From a virus (lineage: Duplodnaviria; Caudoviricetes): 58,046 nucleotides of DNA. Below are positions 17,485-28,516 of the stretch, one piece after another. The notes below the pieces were generated by a model that was not told the origin of the DNA, did not search any database, and was given only the letters and a program-made list of their open reading frames with translations. How positions within the stretch are numbered: the stretch's first letter is position 1; every line of letters begins with the position of its first letter. The translations under genes and the position numbers were made by a program. The stretch spans positions 1 through 58,046 of the IMG/VR virus record IMGVR_UViG_3300032294_002030; one strand, 5' to 3'.

Positions 17485-18660
17485 ATGAGAACTAAAGCAG
17501 AAAAGAAAACAATTGATACAGATAGAGATGAGTTAGCACAAAATATTGCGGATGCGTTGAATCAATTTCATAAAGGCGGTGAAAAAATTGCCTATTTTCT
17601 TGATGGAATTGACAATTCTCCTACCGAGTTTACTGATTTCGTATCAACCGGTGCCACAATGCTTGACATTGCAATTAGCAATCGTCCACATGGAGGAATC
17701 GCGGTAGGACGTATCACCGAAGTAACTGGATTGGAAGGCTCTGGTAAGTCATTGGTGTGCGCTCATTTAATGGCCACCACTCAAAGGATGGGTGGCGTTG
17801 CTGTTTTAATTGATACAGAAACGGCGGTAAATCCAGAGTTTTATACCGCAATTGGGCTTGATTTAAAGAAGCTTGTTTGGGTTGAAGCGAATACGGTAGA
17901 AGATGTGTTTGATAGAATGGTATTTTTGATTGAACATATTCGTAAGAATCCGGCTAACGATAAGAAGATGGTTACGATTGTAGTAGACTCCGTAGCAGCC
18001 GCGTCTACCAAAAAGGAACTGGAGGCCGATTTTAGTAAAGACGGGTATGCGACGGATAAGGCTATCATCATTAGTAAAGCCATGCGTAAAATTACGGGCA
18101 TGCTCGCTCGTCAAAAGATTGCTTTAGTATTCACTAACCAACTACGTCAGAAAATGAATGCGATGGCTTTTAGTGACCCGTGGACCACTTCTGGTGGTAA
18201 GGCTATTGCCTTCCATGCTTCTACACGACTTCGCCTATCTCAGACGGGAAAGATTACTAATAAAGACGGCGATGTTATTGGGGTCAAAGTCAGGGCAAAG
18301 GTAGAAAAGAATCGCCTCGGACCTCCACACAGAACGGCAGACTTTGAAATTTATTTCAACCGGGGTATAGATGATTATACAAGTTGGTTAAATGTTATGA
18401 AGGACAACAAGCTTGTAAAACAAGCCGGTGCATGGTATACCTACGTTGATCCGGATACGGGCGAAGAAACAAAGTTTCAATCAAAAGATTTTCCCGCGTT
18501 TCTTGACGCCAATCCTGAGCGAAAGGAGAGTATATATCAAAAGATTTGTGACATTTTAATAATGAAGTACAAAGAAGAGTTTGACCCAGACGAGGTATCG
18601 TTTAGTGATGGAGTAGACGATGATGACATTAAACCACAACCGCAACTGCTCCATGATTGA
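17485..18660 (+). CDS. recA: RecA/UvsX recombinase
   Basis: GLEGSGKS Walker A, VVDSVAA, FTNQLR, SGGKAIAFHAS, KNRLGPP. Confidence 0.95.
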   Translation: MRTKAEKKTIDTDRDELAQNIADALNQFHKGGEKIAYFLDGIDNSPTEFTDFVSTGATMLDIAISNRPHGGIAVGRITEVTGLEGSGKSLVCAHLMATTQRMGGVAVLIDTETAVNPEFYTAIGLDLKKLVWVEANTVEDVFDRMVFLIEHIRKNPANDKKMVTIVVDSVAAASTKKELEADFSKDGYATDKAIIISKAMRKITGMLARQKIALVFTNQLRQKMNAMAFSDPWTTSGGKAIAFHASTRLRLSQTGKITNKDGDVIGVKVRAKVEKNRLGPPHRTADFEIYFNRGIDDYTSWLNVMKDNKLVKQAGAWYTYVDPDTGEETKFQSKDFPAFLDANPERKESIYQKICDILIMKYKEEFDPDEVSFSDGVDDDDIKPQPQLLHD

Positions 18661-19705
18661 TCCACGAGATGTGTTTAAGAGTATGAAATTCGAGGAAGAC
18701 TACCAAGGCACGGGATATAATTCCCGTGTCTTGTTGGTAGATAGCACAAATTTATTTATAAGAAATTATGCAGCCGTCCCTTCGATGGACGATAATGGTC
18801 GTCATATCGGCGGAATGATTGGCGTATTAAAAAGTCTGGGTGCGGCAATACGTCAATTTAAACCAAGCCGTGTGATAATGATATTCGATGGGAAGGGAGG
18901 TAGTCAACGTAGACGAAAGATTTTTCCTGACTATAAAAAAAATAGAAAACCGCCCGTTCGATTGAACCGGGCGTATGATTTGACTACCGATGAACAAGAA
19001 AAGGAAAACATGAAGTTTCAGTTGGTAAAGTTAATTGAAATATTAGATCATTTACCAGTTACTACATTTGCAATAGATAATGTAGAGGCTGATGATGTTA
19101 TTGCATACTTGTCTCAGTTAGTAACTGAGCAAGGCGGTAAGAGTATAATTTACTCCACAGATAAAGATTTTTTTCAGCTTGCGTCGGACACCGTAACAAT
19201 TTTTAATCCGGTAAAAAAGAAGACGTTCAGTGAAACGGTTATTTTAGAAGATTATGGTATTCACCCAAAACATTTTTACTTTTTTCGTGCATTAAATGGA
19301 GATGTTAGTGATAACATTAATGGGATAAAAGGAGTCGGGGAAGCAACTATAAAAAAGTATATCCCAGAAATCGCGGACTCTTCAATAGAAATAAATTTAG
19401 AATTCATTAAGAAAAAATACCAAGATCAAAAAAAGATTCCGAAAGTTATTTCTAATATACTAAACAGCGGTGATATCGTAGAACGAAACATTACACTGAT
19501 GAATTTACACGAAGGCATCATGTCTGCCGACGCTCGTATTCGCGTTGCCGATGCGTTTAACAAAACGTTACCTAAGTTCGATAAGTATGCCTTGACAAAG
19601 CTACTCGTGAAGGATAAATTAATAGGTGCCTTTCCGAACTATGATTCGTGGATAGCACAGACGTTCAGCCCCCTAAACAGGTTCCGCAATGACACAAGAA
19701 TTTGA
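18653..19705 (+). CDS. 5'-3' exonuclease / T4 RNase H-like flap nuclease
   Basis: LLVDSTN, FDGKGG, YKKNR, EADDVI, STDKDF, GDVSDNINGIKGVG. Confidence 0.9.
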   Translation: MIDPRDVFKSMKFEEDYQGTGYNSRVLLVDSTNLFIRNYAAVPSMDDNGRHIGGMIGVLKSLGAAIRQFKPSRVIMIFDGKGGSQRRRKIFPDYKKNRKPPVRLNRAYDLTTDEQEKENMKFQLVKLIEILDHLPVTTFAIDNVEADDVIAYLSQLVTEQGGKSIIYSTDKDFFQLASDTVTIFNPVKKKTFSETVILEDYGIHPKHFYFFRALNGDVSDNINGIKGVGEATIKKYIPEIADSSIEINLEFIKKKYQDQKKIPKVISNILNSGDIVERNITLMNLHEGIMSADARIRVADAFNKTLPKFDKYALTKLLVKDKLIGAFPNYDSWIAQTFSPLNRFRNDTRI

Positions 19706-21074
19706 TACTAGTGTAGACAATTTAGCAAAGTATGGACCAACGTTTCAGTCAAAAGTACTATCATGTCTGATTGCTTTTCCTGAGTTTTTAAAGCAAGCGC
19801 TTGACGTATTGAACCCAAATTATTTTGAATCTGATGCAAGTCAATGGATTGTAAATAAAACTATATCATATTATTTAGACTATAAAACGCTTCCTACTAA
19901 CGAAGTATTTGCGTTAGAATTAAAACAAGTATCAGACGATATATTAAAAGTTGCTGTTGTAGAACAACTTAGAACTATCAATAAAAGAAAACAAGACGAT
20001 GATTTGGCATACGTACAAAATAGCTTTTTAGAATTTGCAAAAAATCAGGCACTTAAGGCCGCGATTGTAAAATCCGTAGATTTGTTACAACTCGGAAAAT
20101 ATAATGAAATCAAAACGTTAGTAGATAATGCACTTAAAGCAGGACAGCCAAAGAATATTGGGCATAATTGGAAAGAAGATTATTCATTACGGCTTGCGGG
20201 AAACACTCGTCTGCCCATCCCTACTGGTTGGGGGCCTATCGACATCTTAACCGGTGGAGGGTTAGGCGCGGGTGAATTAGGTGTTATTGTAGCTCCGTCA
20301 GGAATAGGCAAGTCGTGGGCTCTGTCTACCATTGGATCAAACGCAGCCCGTTTTGGAAAGACTGTGGCACATTACACTTTTGAACTAAATGAAAATTACG
20401 TTGGTCTTCGATACGATACGGTGTTTTCTGGGATTGAGGCTGGACAAATAATTAACCACCCAGATGAGATTAAAAATCTCGTAGGCACAATTCCGGGTGA
20501 TATTATCGTAAAATTCTACCCACCCAGAGCTTTTACGGTGCATACTATCCACGCTCACTTAGATAGTATGATCACAAACAAATTGAAACCGGACATTCTC
20601 ATAGTAGATTATGCTGATTTGATGAGATCCACCGACAGAGCAGATGCTAGGCACCAAGAACTGGGATTTATTTACGAAGAGCTTCGTGGATTAGCATCTG
20701 AATTTAAAGTTCCGTGTTGGACAGCCTCGCAAGCGCAACGCAGCGCTCTACAGGATGATATTATTGAAGCTGATAAGATTGCAGAATCATATGCAAAAAT
20801 TATGACGGCTGATTTTGTAATGTCAATATCGCGTAAGTTAGAAGATAAGGTGCATCACACCGGACGGGCTCACGTTATGAAAAATAGGTTTGGGCCAGAC
20901 GGTGTAACGTTCCCGATGTATATGAATACAGGCATCGGTAGAGTTGACATTTATGACGAATCGTCGTCGCACGGAATACTACTTAAGAAACAAATGCAAG
21001 CTGGAGAAAGTCTACTTAAGAAGAATTTAGTGCAAAAGTTCAACGAATTACATGGTAATTCTTTACATGAATAG
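19689..21074 (+). CDS. DnaB/gp41-like replicative helicase
   Basis: APSGIGKS, VDYADL, TASQ, KNRFG. Confidence 0.9.
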   Translation: MTQEFDTSVDNLAKYGPTFQSKVLSCLIAFPEFLKQALDVLNPNYFESDASQWIVNKTISYYLDYKTLPTNEVFALELKQVSDDILKVAVVEQLRTINKRKQDDDLAYVQNSFLEFAKNQALKAAIVKSVDLLQLGKYNEIKTLVDNALKAGQPKNIGHNWKEDYSLRLAGNTRLPIPTGWGPIDILTGGGLGAGELGVIVAPSGIGKSWALSTIGSNAARFGKTVAHYTFELNENYVGLRYDTVFSGIEAGQIINHPDEIKNLVGTIPGDIIVKFYPPRAFTVHTIHAHLDSMITNKLKPDILIVDYADLMRSTDRADARHQELGFIYEELRGLASEFKVPCWTASQAQRSALQDDIIEADKIAESYAKIMTADFVMSISRKLEDKVHHTGRAHVMKNRFGPDGVTFPMYMNTGIGRVDIYDESSSHGILLKKQMQAGESLLKKNLVQKFNELHGNSLHE

Positions 21075-21123
21075 AACGATACTTATATGAACCTACAACA
21101 ACAACCCATTTTGGAGATTCAGG

Positions 21124-22974
21124 ATGTTATTAGAAGCAAAAATTCTGTCTGATATAACCACATTTCTTAAGTACAGCAAATTCCTTCCCGAAAAATTTCG
21201 CCGGGAAACGTGGGACGAATTGGTAGACAGAAATGAAAATATGCATATCGCAAAATTTCCCCACCTAACCGAACAAATTAGAGAAGCCTATATGTTTGTT
21301 CGGGCTAAGAAAATTCTTCCTTCGATGCGCTCCATGCAGTTTGCTGGTAAGCCAATTGAATTAAACAACGCTCGTATATATAACTGCTGCTTCCTACCAG
21401 TAGATCATCCGGACGCCTTTAGTGAAGGCATGTTCCTTCTATTGTCCGGGGTTGGGGTTGGCTACTCCGTGCAGAGACATCACGTAGAGAAGCTACCGGA
21501 GATTCACAAGCCAACTAAAACTCGTCGCTATCTTGTTGGGGATAGCATTGAAGGATGGTCAGATGCGGTGAAGGTGTTGATATCCGCGTACATGAAAGGC
21601 AAGGCTTTACCCGTATTTGATTTCAGAGACATTCGCCCTAAAGGTGCAATGCTCGTTACTGCGGGTGGAAAGGCACCCGGTCCTGAACCGTTGAAGGATT
21701 GCTTGCACAATATTCAAAAGATTCTTGATCGTAAGAGCAACGGTGAGCAACTTTTGCCCATCGAAGTACATGACATCTTTTGTTATATCGCGGACGCAGT
21801 TCTTTCGGGTGGCATTCGCCGGTCGGCAATGATTGCGCTTTTTGATTTAGATGACGATGACATGTTAACTTGCAAGTTTGGTAATTGGTGGGAGGAGAAT
21901 CCACAACGTGGTCGAGCAAATAATAGCGCGGTAATCGTTCGTCACAAGATTGAAAAGAATGTATTTCTCAATCTGTGGAAGAAGATTGAGTTATCGAACT
22001 CTGGAGAGCCGGGGTTCATGTTCACCAATGATCCAAATTGGGGACTAAATCCATGTGCGGAAATTTCTCTGCGACCGTTCCAGTTTTGTAATTTGTGTGA
22101 AATCAACGTATCAGACTTGGTTGATCAAGACGACTTCAATGCTCGCGCAAAGGCGGCGGCATTTATTGGAACGCTACAAGCAAGTTATACTGACTTTCAC
22201 TATCTCCGTGATGTATGGAAGCGTACTACGGAAAAAGAAGCGTTGATCGGTATTGGAAAGACTGGTATTGCGTCTACTGCTGTATTGAAGCTTAACCAGA
22301 AAGAAGCGGCGAATGTTGTTAAGGCTGAAAACGAGCGCGTTGCCGACTTGATTGGTATCAATAAGGCCGCACGTACTACCACGGTAAAGCCAAGTGGAAC
22401 AACTTCGTTGGTGCTAGGAACGTCTTCGGGTATTCATGCGTGGCACAATGATTTCTATATTCGCAGAGTTAGAATCGGAAAGAATGAAAGTTTGTATACC
22501 CACCTAGCAATTCATCATCCTGAGCTAGTTGAGGACGAATTCTTCAAGCCACACCAACAGGCTGTTATTTCTATCCCACAACGGGCTCCTGCGGGGGCGA
22601 TTACTAGACAAGAATCCGCATTAGATTTACTTAATCGCGTGAAGATTGTTTGGAATGAGTGGGTAAAGCCGGGGCACCGAAAAGGAGAAAACAAGAATAA
22701 TGTGTCTGTTACTGTGTCCATTAAGCCAGATGAATGGGAAGGTGTTGGGGAATGGATGTGGTCAAACAGAGAAAACTTCACCGCACTTTCAGTGCTACCT
22801 CACGATGGGGGCAATTATATCCAAGCACCTTTCGAAGACATTACTGAAGAAAAGTACAATGAATTAGTGAAGCACTTACATGACATTGATCTAACTCAAG
22901 TGGTTGAACTAGACGACACGACCGACTTGGCTGGTGAAGCGGCGTGTGCTGCTGGGGGGTGTGAAGTAACATGA
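21124..22974 (+). CDS. nrdJ: Class II (adenosylcobalamin-dependent) ribonucleotide reductase
   Basis: LPSMR, YNCC, GIRRSA, NPCAEI, TVKPSGT, C-terminal CAAGGCE; no beta subunit adjacent. Confidence 0.85.
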   Translation: MLLEAKILSDITTFLKYSKFLPEKFRRETWDELVDRNENMHIAKFPHLTEQIREAYMFVRAKKILPSMRSMQFAGKPIELNNARIYNCCFLPVDHPDAFSEGMFLLLSGVGVGYSVQRHHVEKLPEIHKPTKTRRYLVGDSIEGWSDAVKVLISAYMKGKALPVFDFRDIRPKGAMLVTAGGKAPGPEPLKDCLHNIQKILDRKSNGEQLLPIEVHDIFCYIADAVLSGGIRRSAMIALFDLDDDDMLTCKFGNWWEENPQRGRANNSAVIVRHKIEKNVFLNLWKKIELSNSGEPGFMFTNDPNWGLNPCAEISLRPFQFCNLCEINVSDLVDQDDFNARAKAAAFIGTLQASYTDFHYLRDVWKRTTEKEALIGIGKTGIASTAVLKLNQKEAANVVKAENERVADLIGINKAARTTTVKPSGTTSLVLGTSSGIHAWHNDFYIRRVRIGKNESLYTHLAIHHPELVEDEFFKPHQQAVISIPQRAPAGAITRQESALDLLNRVKIVWNEWVKPGHRKGENKNNVSVTVSIKPDEWEGVGEWMWSNRENFTALSVLPHDGGNYIQAPFEDITEEKYNELVKHLHDIDLTQVVELDDTTDLAGEAACAAGGCEVT

Positions 22975-23240
22975 AAACCGTAATTAAGTTTTCGGCAAGC
23001 TGGTGCATGCCGTGCAGAGCAATCGCGCCGTTATTTAATACGTTCAAGAAAGAACACGCGGAGCTACAGTTTTTAATGATTGATGCTGAAACAGATACAA
23101 CGCTGACTGAAAAGTATAACATCCGAACCGTACCCACGGTCGTATTTATGAACGGAGAGAATGAAGTAAACAGACTCGTTGGATTACAGGCAAAACAAAC
23201 GTATATTGAGGCGATTGAAAAATTGAAAACTGTAGAATAA
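22971..23240 (+). CDS. Thioredoxin
   Basis: WCMPC active site, IRTVPT. Confidence 0.9.
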   Translation: MKTVIKFSASWCMPCRAIAPLFNTFKKEHAELQFLMIDAETDTTLTEKYNIRTVPTVVFMNGENEVNRLVGLQAKQTYIEAIEKLKTVE

Positions 23241-23249
23241 AGTCTAGTC

Positions 23250-23618
23250 GTGCAGCTAAATAAAATAGAACAAACGGTATTTAACATACTGAAAAGTATG
23301 AAAGTAAATGCAACGCCACAAGTCACCATAGACAAATATACTGTTGATTTTTTAATAGGTGATAAGTACATAATAGAATGCTATGGTGACTTTTGGCACT
23401 GCAATCCGCAAAAATACTCTCCTTCTTATTTCAATAAAGGAAAGAGAAAAACTGCAAAGGAAATATGGGAAAGAGATTTACATCGTAAGAGTTTGTTTGA
23501 AAGTATGGGATATACTTTTATATTTCTGTGGGAATCAGAAATTAAAAAGAATCCTAAAAAAATAAAAGCAAAACTAAAAAAACTAATAAAAGAGGGTAAA
23601 CATGGTTACCGAAATTAA
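23250..23618 (+). CDS. Vsr/DUF559-like PD-(D/E)XK endonuclease
   Basis: YTVDF, IECYGDFWH, RD, LWESE. Confidence 0.75.
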   Translation: MQLNKIEQTVFNILKSMKVNATPQVTIDKYTVDFLIGDKYIIECYGDFWHCNPQKYSPSYFNKGKRKTAKEIWERDLHRKSLFESMGYTFIFLWESEIKKNPKKIKAKLKKLIKEGKHGYRN

Positions 23619-23973
23619 TATGAATGAGTTTGATGCAATGCTTGTTACTAATATGCAAGCTGCCAAAGTAATTATGTTTTTTGGTCCTACGTGCGGTCCA
23701 TGCAAAGCTACTATGCCAAATTACGAGGCGGCTGCAAACTTCTTTCTGTCAAGAAATTGCAAAATGGAGTTTTTTAAACTAAACGCATGGGAACCAGAAG
23801 AACAAAAAAACTTTTGTAATACAAAGGGAATTTCCGGGGTTCCACATTTCAAGGCGTTTCATAACGGAGTACAGTTGACTGAGCGCGTTGGTGGGGGAGA
23901 TGAATCATATATGATACAATTTTTACACGAGGTAGTAGACCTTACCTTCAACAAATATGGAGAAAAGCTTTGA
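23602..23973 (+). CDS. Thioredoxin-like protein
   Basis: TCGPCK, ISGVP. Confidence 0.85.
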   Translation: MVTEINMNEFDAMLVTNMQAAKVIMFFGPTCGPCKATMPNYEAAANFFLSRNCKMEFFKLNAWEPEEQKNFCNTKGISGVPHFKAFHNGVQLTERVGGGDESYMIQFLHEVVDLTFNKYGEKL

Positions 23974-24395
23974 TGAAAATAAAAAGACTAGCGCTCACAG
24001 CTAAGCTGCCAACCAAAGCACATGAAGGCGACTTGGGATATGATTTATACGCATCGCGCCCGTTAACTTTATATCCGGGAGAAACTGGGCTGGTTGAAAC
24101 CGACATAGCAATTGAGTTTCCCTATATGGTCGGGGGGATCATTAAAGATAGATCTTCGGTCGCAACCAAGAGACACTTATTTACTGTGTCTGGTGTCATT
24201 GACAGTGGATACACTGGCCCCATTAAAATTGCTATTCATAATGCTTCTGAACATATCCAAGCAATCGCGATTGGAGACAAAATTGCGCAAATGATATTAA
24301 CACCCGTAGTTACATGTCCAGTACAAGAAGTTGATGAAATACACTCTAGCGACGGTAGATCACATAATGGTTTTGGGTCTTCTGGGAAAATATAA
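23970..24395 (+). CDS. dut: Trimeric dUTPase
   Basis: GYDL, RSS, GVIDSGYTG, IAQM, GFGSSG. Confidence 0.95.
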   Translation: MMKIKRLALTAKLPTKAHEGDLGYDLYASRPLTLYPGETGLVETDIAIEFPYMVGGIIKDRSSVATKRHLFTVSGVIDSGYTGPIKIAIHNASEHIQAIAIGDKIAQMILTPVVTCPVQEVDEIHSSDGRSHNGFGSSGKI

Positions 24396-24396
24396 T

Positions 24397-24807
24397 ATGA
24401 ATATAATGCGCTTCCTGAAATTTAAGGTAAAGGTTACCATATATAAAATTATTTTGCGTATAATGCAAAGCCTTCGCATGTATACGATTGGAGAAATTAT
24501 ACACAACGCAAATAGCCCAAAAGGTATGCAATGGAACGATTTATTATTGCTGCGTGTTTCGGTTGATAGAGGAATGGCTACCGTTTTATACTGTAAGCCA
24601 AATCAGTTTGTTAACATAGCAACGGTGCCTGTTGACGACCTTGCTAACGGAACCGCACATCTGGACTGCATGCCTCACAACAGAAAAACATTTTCAGCGG
24701 CAGTGAACACTTCGATTGGTATTATACATAAAATCGGAACGATTGATGTTAAGACGATGCATGAGCATATAAAACACTTGCCGAATATAGACAACGTTGA
24801 CACTTGA
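24397..24807 (+). CDS. Hypothetical protein
   Basis: In-frame ATG directly after dut stop. Confidence 0.5.
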   Translation: MNIMRFLKFKVKVTIYKIILRIMQSLRMYTIGEIIHNANSPKGMQWNDLLLLRVSVDRGMATVLYCKPNQFVNIATVPVDDLANGTAHLDCMPHNRKTFSAAVNTSIGIIHKIGTIDVKTMHEHIKHLPNIDNVDT

Positions 24808-24832
24808 TTTTTACAGTACACGGTAGTATTTT
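24804..24832 (+). promoter_or_regulatory. sigma70-like promoter TTGATT-N17-TATTTT
   Basis: Intergenic, upstream of PolB. Confidence 0.45.
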
Positions 24833-24857
24833 GCTGTTACACTTTAACTGAATTGTT

Positions 24858-27386
24858 ATGTATCAAAATATCTATGTAGATATGTATGGAGATTCTCCTG
24901 CGGTGTATGTTTGGGATGACGTAGAAGGACTAGCTATGCTGCCCCTGTCAGAATTTAAGTACGCATACACTCCGGACCCCCGGGGTAAGTGGCTAACCAT
25001 GACCGGGAAGCGAGTGTCTAAGACTCGTATGTTTCGCAGAGAAAGTCCAAATGTGTTTGAAAGCGATCTTCCAATGGAAACTCGCGTACTTACTGATTTG
25101 TATTTAAACGACGATACGCCGTCCACCGGAAACGTAACTCTATTCTTTGACATAGAGGTGTCAATGAAAGAGGGCATCCCCGACGTTCACAAAGCAAACA
25201 ACGTTGTAACTTCTATAGCTCTGTACAACCCACACACCGAAAAATATACTGTATTTGTATTAGATGAGCGCGGGTTGTACACAAATAGATCGTCTGATAA
25301 GTTAGATATTATTTTTTGTGATAGGGAATATGTGTTATTACACAACTTCATCTCCGCATATGAAGATATCAAGCCAACTATTATTACTGGATGGAATAGC
25401 AACGGGTTTGATATTCCATATATGTACAATCGTCTTAAAAACGTTTGCGGAGTTCAGACCGCGCATAGATTAAGCCCTATACAAAAAGTTAGATATTCTG
25501 AGTGCAGGGATAGATATTTGATCGCGGGGGTAAGTTCGCTTGATTATCTTGAGCTATACAAGAAATTTACATATAAACAGCAGCCAAATTATCGACTGGA
25601 TACGATTGGTAGAATCGAAGTTGGTATGGGTAAAGTGGAATATGAAGGGTCTTTGGACACGCTGTTTGAGCAAGACTTGGAAAAGTTTATTGATTACAAC
25701 TTACAAGACGTAAAAATCATCGTAGAGTTAGATAAGAAAAAACGATTGATTGAACTAGTAAGAGGTATTTGTCATATCGGACACGTACCATACGAAGATT
25801 ATAACATGAGTTCCAGATTTCTTGAAGGAACTATTGTTACTTATCTTCATAGAAAAGGAATTGTTGTTACCAACAAACCAATAACCAACCAAGAAAATGA
25901 GAACGCAGATTCCGACGATGACTCCACCTTTACGGGTGCATATGTAAAAGAGCCCGTCCCGGGGCTGTACGAATGGGCGTATTCTCTCGACTTGCAGTCT
26001 CTGTACCCGTCGATTATTATGAGCTTAAATATTAGTCCGGAAACCAAGGTAGGGTATGTTAGAAATTATAACGTAGAACAGCATATTAGAAAGGATATTC
26101 CGACATACGTGGTGGAAGAAGTCAATAATAATGGCAGTGTAGAGATGGATTACCGTCAATTTATGGAATTTCTCGAAGAAAATTCATTGACGGTTAGCTC
26201 AAATGGCGTGTTGTACTCTAACATTAAGCGTGGAATTATTCCAGAAATTTTAGAAAATTGGTTTGACAAGCGCGTAGAGTATAAAAACCTGATGAAGAAG
26301 TATTCCAAAGAAGGAGACGCCGAAAAGGCAACGTACTACGATCAGTTACAACACATTCAGAAAATTTTTCTAAACTCAATGTATGGATATCTTGGGCTGA
26401 CAGTTGGTAGATTTTATGACGTTGACAACGCAACAGCAGTAACTATAACTGGACAAGACGTAATCAAGTCTAGCGCAAAGGTAGTAAATGCACATTATAG
26501 CAAGGCACTGGGTGAAGTAAAGGACTATATTACCTATATAGACACCGATTCTATTTACGCCTCTGCTCTTCCTTTACTACTAGCTGAATCTTCCGAAGAA
26601 CCGATATTAAACCGTACGATTAAAATTGCGCGTGAAATGGAAGCGAAATTAAATAAGTTTTATGATACGTTTTCTCTTCGGGCGTTTAATTGTAAATCCC
26701 ATCGATTGTATATTAAGGGAGAATCTATTATCGAAACTGGATTGTGGATTGCCAAAAAACGATATGCACTAAATAAAGTGTATGATTTGGAAAAAAACTC
26801 TGCGCCAGATGATCATCTTGTAGTAAAGGGAATGGATACAGTTAGATCTAGTTTTCCAAAAGCGTTTCGGGAATTCTTGAAACAACTATTATTCGATGTT
26901 CTTTATAAAACCCCAAAATCAGATATAGATAAAAATATTTTAAATTTCAAGCAAACTATGTCTTCGCTGGCATTTCTTGATGTTGCTCGAAACACTTCTG
27001 CGAATAACATATCTAAATTTTTGGTGCCCAACGGAAACAGTATGTCTACGAAAAAAGGAACACCAGTTCATATTAAAGCGTCGATAGCATACAATAGATT
27101 ATTGGTAATGTTTAAGATGACAGATAAATATGATTTTATTCGCGAAGGAGAAAAAATCAAATATGTTTATCTTAAGCCCAATCCACTTAGAATACCCGCG
27201 CTGGCTGTTAAGGGATATAACGATCCCCAACATATCATAAATCTTGTATCAGAGTACATCGATTATGAGGCACTGTTTGATAAAGAATTGCGAAATAAAC
27301 TAGAAGATATTTATTTAGCGCTGGGCTGGGGTATTCTACCAACCGACGTAAATACTAACGCGAACGAATTTTTTACATGGGAATAA
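24858..27386 (+). CDS. Family B DNA polymerase (T4 gp43-like)
   Basis: Exo FDIEV, GWNSNGFD; pol DLQSLYPS, KIFLNSMYG, YIDTDS, KKRY. Confidence 0.95.
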   Translation: MYQNIYVDMYGDSPAVYVWDDVEGLAMLPLSEFKYAYTPDPRGKWLTMTGKRVSKTRMFRRESPNVFESDLPMETRVLTDLYLNDDTPSTGNVTLFFDIEVSMKEGIPDVHKANNVVTSIALYNPHTEKYTVFVLDERGLYTNRSSDKLDIIFCDREYVLLHNFISAYEDIKPTIITGWNSNGFDIPYMYNRLKNVCGVQTAHRLSPIQKVRYSECRDRYLIAGVSSLDYLELYKKFTYKQQPNYRLDTIGRIEVGMGKVEYEGSLDTLFEQDLEKFIDYNLQDVKIIVELDKKKRLIELVRGICHIGHVPYEDYNMSSRFLEGTIVTYLHRKGIVVTNKPITNQENENADSDDDSTFTGAYVKEPVPGLYEWAYSLDLQSLYPSIIMSLNISPETKVGYVRNYNVEQHIRKDIPTYVVEEVNNNGSVEMDYRQFMEFLEENSLTVSSNGVLYSNIKRGIIPEILENWFDKRVEYKNLMKKYSKEGDAEKATYYDQLQHIQKIFLNSMYGYLGLTVGRFYDVDNATAVTITGQDVIKSSAKVVNAHYSKALGEVKDYITYIDTDSIYASALPLLLAESSEEPILNRTIKIAREMEAKLNKFYDTFSLRAFNCKSHRLYIKGESIIETGLWIAKKRYALNKVYDLEKNSAPDDHLVVKGMDTVRSSFPKAFREFLKQLLFDVLYKTPKSDIDKNILNFKQTMSSLAFLDVARNTSANNISKFLVPNGNSMSTKKGTPVHIKASIAYNRLLVMFKMTDKYDFIREGEKIKYVYLKPNPLRIPALAVKGYNDPQHIINLVSEYIDYEALFDKELRNKLEDIYLALGWGILPTDVNTNANEFFTWE

Positions 27387-27407
27387 CTATATACACGGGA
27401 TGCTTCT

Positions 27408-27773
27408 ATGGGAATGTTTGATTATATTAGAATAGAACAGATATTACCCGGAGAAACGGAAATATCTAAAGTAGAGTATCAAACTAAATCGTTTGAATGT
27501 TTGATGGAAGAGTATGTTATTACTGCTAAAGGAGAACTATATCTAGAAAAGTGGGATTATGAATGGGTGGATGATGAGGGGTATTTGTTTTTTGGAGGAT
27601 ATTTAAACAAAATACCAAATTCATATCGCAGAACATACTTGTGCAATTTCTATGGAGATGTTAGATTTTATGGTAAAGCCCCACACCACTCCACCGGTAA
27701 GTGGAGAGAATATTACGCTCGCTTCACCGAGGGATCATTAAAAAGAATGTGGTATGTAGATTTGAACTATTAA
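27408..27773 (+). CDS. Hypothetical protein
   Basis: MGMFDY..YQTK..Y.ARF.EG pattern; co-oriented ORF. Confidence 0.65.
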   Translation: MGMFDYIRIEQILPGETEISKVEYQTKSFECLMEEYVITAKGELYLEKWDYEWVDDEGYLFFGGYLNKIPNSYRRTYLCNFYGDVRFYGKAPHHSTGKWREYYARFTEGSLKRMWYVDLNY

Positions 27774-27790
27774 TTTAAACAAAGGTTATT

Positions 27791-28516
27791 ATGGACAAAG
27801 AACGGTTTGAACGGTTTATAACGAAATACAATTTAAATGGAACATGTGAATCGGTATTGATTAAATCCACCGGAAATGCTCTAACGGTAAGCGCTGCGTC
27901 TCAAGATCAGTCAGTCGCGAGCATTGTTCACGCATCTAATATACAATTCCCGGAAGGGGAATATCCTATATATGAAACACAAAAACTCAAATCTTTGTTG
28001 GCAGTTGCGAATGCAGACAACAACTTAGAAGTATCGGTTGTTTTTCACGGAAACGTGCCCGGAAAAATTATGTTTTCTGATGGGTTTGTTGAAGTAAATT
28101 ACGCTCTAGCAGATAAGATCGCCATTCCCAGTTCGCCCAACATTAGCAAGCCCCCTCCATTTGAATCTACCGTATATCTAGATCAGCAATTTATTACTTC
28201 GTTTATTCGAGCCAAGGCTGCTCTGTCTGACAGCGACAGTGTGTTGATTACATGCTCAGATTCTGGAACGGCGACCTTTCATGTAGGACATTCTAATGTA
28301 AATACGAGCAACATTGTACTGTCCGCTAGATGTGACTCGACCGCTCAACACACCATCAATCGATATTCTGCTAAATATTTACGCGATGTGTTAGTCGCTA
28401 ATAAAGATGTGCGTGATGCTGAGCTAATGGTAAGCTCAAAGGGATTGATAAAAATCGTATTTATGGCAGACGGGATGTCTTCTACCTACTACATAACCAA
28501 GAGTCTACTTTCATGA
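27791..28516 (+). CDS. Sliding clamp (gp45-like)
   Basis: 241 aa, VSSKGLIKI..STYY C-terminus, directly upstream of clamp loader. Confidence 0.75.
   Translation: MDKERFERFITKYNLNGTCESVLIKSTGNALTVSAASQDQSVASIVHASNIQFPEGEYPIYETQKLKSLLAVANADNNLEVSVVFHGNVPGKIMFSDGFVEVNYALADKIAIPSSPNISKPPPFESTVYLDQQFITSFIRAKAALSDSDSVLITCSDSGTATFHVGHSNVNTSNIVLSARCDSTAQHTINRYSAKYLRDVLVANKDVRDAELMVSSKGLIKIVFMADGMSSTYYITKSLLS

Noticed and set aside
21124-27386. Introns or inteins in RNR or PolB
   Set aside because: Both ORFs are continuous and of ordinary length with no splice motifs seen
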